A stretch of 61,805 nt of DNA, filler included. It is 9 parts of 9 records of this genome, joined end to end, with 100 filler letters (N's around TTAATTAATTAA, not from the genome) between each part and the next. Parts side by side here need not be neighbours in the genome. Positions count along the whole stretch, not along the records: positions 49,789 to 54,861 come from SRR7504441_4097; positions 54,962 to 61,805 come from SRR7504441_4098; 7 more parts are not named here. One strand, given 5' to 3'. Under the pieces are notes generated by a model. That model was not told the origin of the DNA. It searched no databases and saw only the letters and a program-made list of their open reading frames with translations. A program made the translations under genes and the position numbers. This document shows, in pieces, positions 53,191 to 61,805 of the stretch; the first letter of the stretch is position 1; each line of letters starts with the position of its first letter.

Positions 53191-54627
53191 ATGGCCGCTG
53201 GCATGTACCGCGCCGAGGACCTGCTGGGGGAGCCGGCGCTGACGGAGGAACGCATGTCAGCCGTCCTGGACGGGGAACCGCACCAAGAGAAGGCGCCGGG
53301 CTGCCCGCCCGCCGGCCGACGCGGGGGTCAGATCCTGCTCTACAATGACGAGTACTTTGCGTCGGTGCGGAAGCTCAATGGAATTCCGCCCGACTTCCTG
53401 GTCGAGTTCGACTTCAAAGCACTCAAAGCTGGCGGCGGCAAGGGCGGGGACTTGATGGGCTTCACCAAAGATTATCAATTTCTGGTGAAGGAGGTGCTCA
53501 GCTCGGCCTCAGCCGGTGCTCAGACTGGGGCAGGTCAAGCCATCGGACCAGACCAGCCTGCTGCTGTACGCCAAGGCGTACGCCAAGCAGATGGCCCGGG
53601 AGAACGGCTCGCTGCTATGCCAGTTCTACAAGCACTTCCAACGGACTTCAAACGGACAGAACTTTGTGGTGATGAACAACTTTCTGCCGCCGCCCAAGAA
53701 GTTCTACAAGGATCTGGGCGGGCGGCAGGGGGTCCCGAAGACCCGTGGGGGGCTCTGCACGGGATGGGACGTCAAGTATGATTTAAAAGGCTGCTGCGAC
53801 GATAAGACACAGGAGGAGGCGGGTCAGGAGATCCAGGAAGTGCACAAGCGATGGTTTAAATTCTGGATGTTCTGCTCTTCGTGCTGCGACTCGGACGAGC
53901 GGATTAAGTACCGACAGGGCAAGGAGGACGCCACCGCTTGCACGTTCAGAGTGACAGAAGCTCAGCGTGAAGTGATCACAGAGAGGATCGAAGCCGACGC
54001 GTGCTGGTGTGCCGACTATAACTTGATGGACCACTCGCTGGTGCGCTGACCGGCCGGGCCGGGCCGATCCGCCGGGGACAGATCGTGGGGGTGCTCTCGC
54101 AGCCGGTGGAGAAGCTTAGAGCCGGGGAGGACGCGAGGGGCTTGTTTCCTGTGAGCATTGCTAGGGAGCAGCCGTATCTTTGCCAGTACCAGGGCCGGAT
54201 CTACGCGCTGTATTTAGGGATCATAGACTTTTTGCAGCTATGGGACTTCAAGAAAAGCATCGCGCGGTGCATCAAAGTCTGCGCGCCACACCCAAAGTCT
54301 ACTGAGCCACCTGACCAGTACGCGGTCCAATTCAAACAACTTAAAGACAAATTCCTGTGCGACCGGGTGGAGGAGGTCTACCTGACGGCGGTCGGCATAG
54401 ATGGCGACGGACCGTTCCACGATGTTGAATCTATAACCGTCACATTTGGAGATTATTCTACCGACGAGGACGAAGCTGAGGAGACTCCGGAGCTGTTCGC
54501 CGAGCGGGTCTCTTCAATTTATAAAAGTAAATTCAACCACGGGGGGCACTGGTTTGGCGGAGGTAAGAAGAACGGCGGCAAGTCTCAGAATAGAACCAAC
54601 GGTATTACTCGTGGCCCTGGCCCGTGA
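53191..54627 (+). CDS. Phosphatidylinositol-phosphate kinase (PIP5K family), multi-exon
   Basis: GGKGGDLMGFTKDYQFLVKE, FVVMNN, KYDLKG, LMDHSL, YLGIIDFLQ and STEPPDQY. Confidence 0.92.
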
Positions 54628-54861
54628 GGTCTGCCGGTGATGCGATGCTAAATGTTGTGTGAGCACAATGAACACAGACGTGACGCATCACAGGCAAGTG
54701 GCGAGGTGTACAGGCGTTGTGCGGTGGCACTGAATCTCCATTCGTTCTGAAAATTGAGCCGGCGTTTCAAGTCGGTGAATCGTTCATCTTACTTTAATAA
54801 ATCAATTGGAACCTGCATGGCATAAAGCAAGTATCCCTTAGAGCCAGCAGAGAAGTTCTGA

Positions 54862-54961
54862 NNNNNNNNNNNNNNNNNNNNNNNNNNNNNNNNNNNNNNN
54901 NNNNNTTAATTAATTAANNNNNNNNNNNNNNNNNNNNNNNNNNNNNNNNNNNNNNNNNNNN
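54862..54961. other. Artificial contig linker
   Basis: Same 100-nt spacer. Confidence 0.99.
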
Positions 54962-55071
54962 CGAGTAGTTTGTTAACATACATTTGCAAGCTATTTGCAA
55001 GCGAGCTCGTTCATACAATAATACTGTAGCTCGTTCATCCACTGGTTTCATCGTGCATGGCTTCACATGAC

Positions 55072-57862
55072 TCACCAGCTCAGATGGACCAGCCCCGGCC
55101 CGCCGTTCTCTCCGACAATGCTCCCTCCCTTGCCGGCCCCAGAGGCTGGCGTATTGGCCGGAGTGGCGCTGTTGGCCTCGTTCACCGCGTCTCCCAAGCT
55201 GGTCCCGCCAGCACCACCGGCCCCTTGGAACATGCTTGTCGAACCCGCACCGCCGCCACCGCCGCACAGACCGCCTCCGCCGCCTCCGCCGCCGTATGCC
55301 GACCGTGGGTTGCCGCCGCCGTCGCCGCCGGCCATCTGCTTGCCGTCAGCACCACTCAGGCACTGCGCAAACTGCCCAGCGCCGCCTCGACCACCGGGCC
55401 GGCCTCCCTTGGCACGCGAGCACGCAGCCGCCGAGCCGGGCTTGCCGGCCGGCCCTCCGTGAGCGTCGAGCTCGGACCCGGCGCCACCGCCACCGGCCGC
55501 AGCAAGCAGCAGTTGGCTGTTCACCATCAGCCCACTCAGTCCGCCGCCGCCTCCACCTGCGTCAGTCACTCAGCCGCAGCCGGGACAAGCCAGATGCCTG
55601 CGTTGGCGCCAGCGCCCCCGTGGGCTCCGCCTCCGAACCCTCCGCAGCCAGCTCTCTGCTTGCGGGCCGCCTGTCCTCCGCCGCCTACCCATACACGAAG
55701 CACCAGCCCTGGCTGCACAGCAAGCTTGCCCTGCACGTACGCTCCGCCGCCGCCTGTCCCTTACTGAGCTACGCCCCGGCCACTAGCCTACCGGAGGCGC
55801 CCTTGCAACCGGCCCCGCCCCCGGCGCCCCAGGCGTGCACGGTGATGGTCCGCACGTGATCCGGCACGGTGAATCGATGCTCGCCAGCCGCTCTGAACTC
55901 AGTGTGGTTGCCTACGATCGGGGCCGGGGCCGGCTCCGGGCTGGGCATGGCTGGCGGCAGCTCGGTGAGCGCGCTCGGACGGGAGCTCTGCCCGTCGACG
56001 AGCACGATCAGCTGCTGATGGGTCACTGGCTGAGCCCACAGAGCCTCGATCCGGCAGTGAGCTACCAGCAGCCTCACGCTGCTCGCGCGGACCCCATCGG
56101 CCGTCACAGAGATGAGTCGGTCGGTCTGGCCGAAGTTGGCCCCGTCGATGACAAGCCCGGTGGCGTGCTCCGGGTGCAGGGTGGCCATCTCGATTGAAGG
56201 AGGCAAATAACCGAACTTAATCGAAGCGCACGCAGAGTACGTGGCCGCATCCTCGAACGAGCACTTGATCTTGAGCCCGCTCCCAGTGCCCGGCCCGACA
56301 GTGCACAGCACCAGCGAGTCGCTCTCGACGTCGCAGTCGGTGCAAATGAAGCTGCCAATTGTGACGCTCGCCCGTCCGCCAAAGTTTGAGCCGCGGATCT
56401 GAAGGCGGCTGCCTCCAGTGGTACTGTCGTTGTATTGCGAGACCGCCTTGATGGTTGGGAGCTCGGACGGGCCGATCTGGCTCACTTGGCCTAGCGAGCC
56501 TGCCATCGAGGTGGCGATCTCCTTGGCGAATTCGAACAGAACAGTGCTGTAACCATGGCACGGTTCAAGGATCGGATTGGCCTGAAGGCAGGAGCCGATC
56601 CGCTGCTCGACCAACGGATTGATCAGGCACAGGTCGTGGCTGGACAGCTCCCCGCTGCATCGCTGCCAGTGCCCAGCCAGCTGCTCCACCTCCCCAAGGT
56701 ATGAGTCGATGTGCCTGTGCTGCGACTCAAGCGCATCCGCCTGCCGATCTGTGAACCGTTTGGCTTCGCCTATCAGCTCCCGCTTGCGCGCATCCAGCGC
56801 CGCGTGGATCTCGTCGAAGGCTGCTTCGATTTGCTCCGCGACAGCCTGTTCAAGCTGCCCAGCTTCGTCGACACAGGCAAGCAGCTGTGAGCCGGCATGC
56901 CTGATCACATCCGCATGGGCTTGCAGCTGGCTCATGGCCGCGCCAGTCCGCTCGCGACAGTCGGCAGCGGCCAGCTCGAGAGGGATGTTCTTGTGCCCTT
57001 GCCGGCTGCCCTCCTTGAGGATACAGTGTGAGCAGACAGGAATCTGAGCCTCCAAGTCGTAGAACTCGATTTCGCGATTGTGCAACGCGCACAGCGGCGG
57101 CGGCTGCGGTTCGCTCAGCTCGGGCTGCTCCTCGGGGACCCCGATCGGCGCGAACGTGTGCCTGCTCATCACCTTGCTCGCGTGCACCACTGGCGCACAC
57201 GCGCTGCAGAATTGGAGCTCACACTGGGTACACCACAGCTCGCCCAGGGCCTCCTCGCACTCGCTGCAGGTGGCGGCCGTGTCCTTGCTGGCCGGCTCGT
57301 CCTCCCGCTCGAGCGCCGGCTCGAGAGCTTCAGCGCCGTTGGAGAAGTCGGTTAATTGGTGGCAAGCCGGGCATTCAAGCTCCTCCTGATCGTCCCCGCC
57401 AGCTCGGCCCGGGGTGGACGGGTAGGACTGCGGGGCAAGCTCGCTGGGCGGGAGCCACCGCCGCTGCCTGGTGAACTCGGCCAGCGTGCCCAGGCAGCCG
57501 GAGCACGCCTTGTGTCCGCAGTCGAGAGAGCGGGCGGCGTGGTCGCAGCCGGCGTAGCAGACCACGCAGCGGACTGCGGCGGTCGGATGGACCGCCGGTT
57601 GGTTGACGACGCCCCAAACCCCGCCCAGCTCACTGTCCAGCCCGGCTGGCTTTGTGGGGGTGGGCAGCCGGCGGTTGGGGGTCGGCGGGGCCATCGGTGA
57701 CCCGGGTGAGCTGACTGGCACCGGGGGCGGGAGCCGGGGGTCGCCCCGGGCTAGGGAGAGGAGTTCGGGCAGCTGCTGTGGCGGCTGCTGCCGGTGCTGC
57801 TTTATCCGGGCTCCCGCGCGACGCGGCGCATTCGCGTCCATTGGACTCAGCATCCGCTTCAT
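55072..57862 (-). CDS. TRIM/RBCC-like E3 ligase (RING, 2 B-boxes, coiled coil) with IPT/TIG-like and C-terminal glycine-rich domains
   Basis: CVVC...CGHKACSGC...CPAC (RING); CSEC...WCTQC...FCSAC...H...H and CALH...VCSHC...HK (B-boxes); helical region; LQIRGSNFG and IDGANFG (IPT); HAWGAGGGAG...AAGGGGAG...GGPGLVHLSW* over further exons. Confidence 0.85.
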
Positions 57863-57997
57863 GGCCTCAGTTCATAAACAAATAAAAAATTGTGAGCAAC
57901 GGTTGCCTCACAAATGCTCGGCCGTCCATGGGGAGTGGAGGGAGGCCGGAGCCGGTGAGCTGTCTGATGACGTTCCAGTGACTGGACGGCGGCGGGG

Positions 57998-59597
57998 ATG
58001 GAGGCGGCCGACGAGTACGCCGAGCAGCTCACCCGGCTCGTCTCAAATAAGCTCTCGCTGATCCAGTCGCTCACCACGATCGCCGGCGAGAACCGACACA
58101 TGGCACACGAGATCGCCCGGGTGATCCTCCGGCGGATCGAGCAAGCTCCGCCCGAGCAGAAGATCCCGCCGCTCTATCTGCTCGACTCGATCACAAAGAA
58201 CATCGGTCCCCCGTTTCTGGACTGCTTCGCGCCCCAGCTAGTCCGTACGTTCACCACCGCGTTTGAGGCGGCCGATCCGGCCCGCCGGAAGAGTCTGGTA
58301 AAGCTGCTCAACACCTGGCCGACGTTCTACCCCAAGCAGTTCCGCCAGCTCCAGACTCTGGCCGCGGCCTCCCAAACCGGCCCGCCGTCGCCAGGGCCGG
58401 CCCGGCTGCAGCCGCGGCAAGCCCAGTTCGGAGACGCGGCCAAGGTGCGGCTGCAGCCACGGATGCCGGGCACACAGATCCCGCCGCGTCCGCCAAGCCA
58501 GCCGCAGCAGCTGATCCCCAACCCCGGACTAGCTGGAATGTCTCACATGGCGATCGAGCCACGCCCGCCGCTGCCTCCCAACCTGGGCATGCCGCCGCCA
58601 CCGCCCGACTGGCCCTCGGGCGGCCAGATCGGGATGGGACCCGGGAACCAGCTTGCGATCAGCACGCTGGCCGGCGGCCCCTCAATCGGCGCGTCTGGCT
58701 TCCCTCTGCAGGTCCCTCTAGCGAGTCCTGGAGGTCTCATACCATGGGAAGACGTCACCAAGGTCGCACAGGCCCTCCGGCCAGCCTGAGCGGCGTGGCA
58801 GGTGAACCCCGGCTTCATCGCGGGCTCGGTGGAGCTGCTTTACAGCGGGGCCAAGACCCAGTGTGTTGTGTGTGGCTGGAGGATCTCAGACAAGGCTGAG
58901 CTCGATAAACACATGGACTGGCACTTTGATCAGAAACGGCGGCGAGACCGGTGCCGGGTGGAGCTCCAGTCGCGGCCCTGGTGCCTGGCGGGCCCGGGCC
59001 TGACTGAGCCGTTGCAGGTTTGAACAAGCCGATCTTTGGCTCACAAGCAGCTCGATGCTGCCAGCAATCGGGAAAGTGCCGTCCTTTTTTGAAAACCAGC
59101 AGCAGCAGAGTGAACGGTCCGAGGAGAAGGTGCGCCCGAGGGTGCCGGCGGACGAGGACCAGCCGACCTGCCCTCTGTGAGCCGATTGTGGGTGGTAGGC
59201 GTAAGAGCGGGGCAGGTGTGGGGATGAATTTGTTGTGGATTTTGACGACAACACCGAGCAGTGGATGTGCGTCGACTGTGTGATCACCGAGGTGCGCGAT
59301 CTGGCCAACGGGGTGAATGTAAACCGGATCGTGCATCGCAAATGCCAGACCCCAGGCACTGTGCCAGTACTAGTAGCTCCGTCACCTCGGAGTGGGCCGT
59401 GCAGCCCAGATTTACACAGCCAGCCGCTGCCGACGGGGAAGCGGCCCCTGGAGCTGCAGGCGGGGCTTGTGGAGCAGTTGCTAAGAGAAGGCCAGGAGGC
59501 TCTGGAGAATGAAGCGGTTGCCGCTAAGAGGGTGAAGCGTGAGCCAGGTTTGGAGGATAGTGCAGTCGTAAAGCTGGAGGAGGATAGTGCTGGGTAG
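57998..59597 (+). CDS. PCF11: Pre-mRNA 3'-end processing factor PCF11
   Basis: CID domain IQSLTTIAGEN...KIPPLYLLDSITKN, C2H2 finger CVVCGWR...HMDWHF...SRPW, and a second zinc region VPADEDQPTCPL/CGDEF...W...IVHRKC across introns. Confidence 0.92.
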
Positions 59598-60065
59598 AAT
59601 TATTAACCCAATTTAAGCTTAGTCAATCGACGCGCCCCGCCATCAATTCAGATGCCGCCACTTGATGTTGCTGTAATTACTTAGTCGGTAATTACTGTAG
59701 CATTGAGCCGGCCGGCATACTGTACGGTACTGCAGCTGACGGTGCACAATTCATGCGCACAGCACTTATTTCAGTATCACTCCGGTACAGCAGGATATAT
59801 CACTGAGCCAAGCAGGGAAGTGTCAAGATTTGTGAGGAGTTTTTATAATTTTGCATTCTAGTTTCATCACCGCAGGCCTGCGCTGAGCCTGTGGGCCGGG
59901 CCAATAAGCATTCAAGATTATTAAAACCATTCAATACATGTACATGTACGTAATGTTTATCAAAAATGTCGCCTTAGCCACTAGAGGGGTCTTTACAGTA
60001 AATCTCGTGTATTGCAATTGGGGTTAACTTTATCAACAGCCACAATCTACTCCGGTTGTCACACG

Positions 60066-61805
60066 TCAATGTGTGGTTTCCTCAAACACCACTTGATGAT
60101 GCTCGATCATCACTTGCAGCCCGCTCAGTATCCCCGGGCACAAGCACATCGCCAGGTTCTTTGCACCCATCTTGTTCTCGCTCCGCCGCAAGTGCACCTC
60201 ATGCAGCATCCGGCAGATTACCTCGAGCGTGGCTCTGTTCGCCTCCGGCAGCCCCTTGACCAGTTTAGCCACTAGCCCAGGGACTTCGGCCCGCGCCTTC
60301 CGCCGCTTATGCTCCTGGAATAACGTGTGCAGCGCGAGCTCAAACCGCTTCGCAGCAGCCAGCGACACACCCCACAGCCTTTGATCGCTCTCGGCTAGCC
60401 GCATCACGAACTTCACAAGCAGTGACGCCACGGTGGCCGGCGACTCTGTTGGGCTCAGCACGCCACTCAAGCCGCTGTCCCATTTGTCGATGACCTGCTT
60501 ACATCGACGGGAGTCGCCAGGCACCCTGCCACCCACTCAGCACACCCGACTGGGCGCCCGAACCGGAACAGTCCGACAACTCCAAGAGCACGCTCCATCA
60601 GCCAGCCACAAATCTCCACCACAGGCCCCGGCACCAGCCCTGCCCGGAGCTCAATCTATACCCAACATGCTCTGGCAGCTACCCGTCGGGCTGCTCCTTT
60701 CGGCTGCCAGTGCCAGCGGCGCCCCGAACAGCGGCCCTGGGTGGTTAACACGCCACTGGTCCGGTGGGCCGGTCGGCTCAGGTTCGTTGGAGGTCAGGCG
60801 GACCAGCCCAGTGTCAGCCACGCCAGGCTCAAGCAGTGCTGAAGGCGGCTGCTCGACGGGCTCGAGAACAAGCTGACGGATCTTGGCCAAGTCCAACGCG
60901 AACTCGTTGCCGCCTGGGTCTGCCAGGCAAAGACGGCGCAGCCGGGCGCACAGACGGCGCATCAGTCGGTCAGCGAGCAGCACCAGCTTGGGGGTGGTGG
61001 GGTCTGCAATGACTTTCTTCATGTCTCGCCGGCCGGCAAACCCGGACCGCCACTTCACAAACTGGTGCATTGCCAGTAGCTCGGCCTTGCCGGTGGCAGC
61101 GGCCAGCGGCTGGGCGGCCAGTCCAAACAGCGCCACATCTGGCCGGCCAGTGAGCCGATACTCCGGTCGCGGCACCTGTCATGGTCTGCACAGGATCCCT
61201 CGACGCCAATTGGCAATCCTGCTGCGCCAGCCTGACAGCAGGATCACACCAGGGATTAACACTCATCACCTAAACCCGCAGAATCCGCTCTGCTCAGCCA
61301 GCCGCTTGAATTCGGCCCAGAGGCTGAGCACCTGACTGTCCGAGAGCTCGGCCAGTGCCAGCTGGAGTTGATCGGGCCCGAGCTGCCAGTCCACAACCTC
61401 CCGGAGGCATGCCTCCGGGATGTGCAGCTGGGCCCTCTGCCGGCCATTCCCATCGTACTTGATCCGGGCGGCGGTCTGGTTGAGGACCATGTCCCGCTCC
61501 ACCCTTGCGAGGTCCATGGTCAGAATCGCCTCCACTTCCTGTCGTTCAGCTGCAGCCCGTGAAGCGGTCAGCCGGATCTGGAGTGGGACTTCTGGGTGCA
61601 AGCTGAGAGCGATCCAGACACCCGAGCAGCACGCCTCAATGTATTCGAGCCAGCTCATCCCCCCGCAGCTGTCCAGATCGTAAAGCTCGAGCACACTCTC
61701 AGGCTCAGGCAGCAGCAGCACAGCCGGTGCAATCTCAGCCACAGATTCAGATATAAGTTCGATTTGGTCCAGCCCGATCCTGGGCGACTGAAAGAGCGTA
61801 AACAT
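60066..61805 (-). CDS. RhoGAP-domain protein with an upstream EF-hand-like motif, multi-exon, probably 5'-partial
   Basis: RVPG (arginine finger), VASLLVKF, LPEANRATL and NKMGAKNLAMCLCPGIL; also LYDLDSCGGMSWLEY. Confidence 0.82.

Noticed and set aside
8323-54961. Eight recurrences of TTAATTAATTAA flanked by Ns as a biological repeat
   Set aside because: They are identical 100-nt constructs with stops in all six frames, i.e. concatenation linkers. ORFs running into X residues are artefacts.
1-61805. Giant-virus or prokaryotic origin of the window
   Set aside because: Spliceosomal introns are pervasive, core eukaryotic genes are present (PCF11, SR protein, SLC25, PIP5K), and I recognised no capsid, packaging ATPase, viral polymerase or operon structure.

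Overview
The window is nine contigs joined by identical 100-nt linkers (44 N + TTAATTAATTAA + 44 N), so adjacency across linkers means nothing. All contigs look like the nuclear genome of one compact unicellular eukaryote: dense genes, short (mostly about 38-56 nt) GT-AG introns, GC-rich gene 5' ends, AT-rich convergent intergenic regions and very short head-to-head spacers. The lineage cannot be assigned from this window. The standout is an intron-containing gene for a cobalamin/2x[4Fe-4S] reductive dehalogenase (RdhA/PceA family, minus strand 25399-26895). It sits between a HORMA-domain gene and an SR splicing-factor gene, and its second Fe-S motif is completed only by splicing a 54-nt intron. 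Other unusual genes: a mitochondrial carrier fused to EF-hands, two cNMP-binding domains and an inactive permuted papain-like domain; an intron-containing AdnA/AddB-like helicase-nuclease; a giant coiled-coil protein with a non-cleaving Nup98 autoproteolysis domain; and a roughly 3000-aa multi-pass surface receptor. Housekeeping genes include PCF11, PIP kinase, threonine ammonia-lyase, an actin-like gene, OTU-PUB, RhoGAP, kelch, START, ankyrin and two methyltransferases. I saw no rRNA, tRNA, CRISPR array, transposase or viral hallmark gene. All family calls are motif recognition by eye, with no database search.
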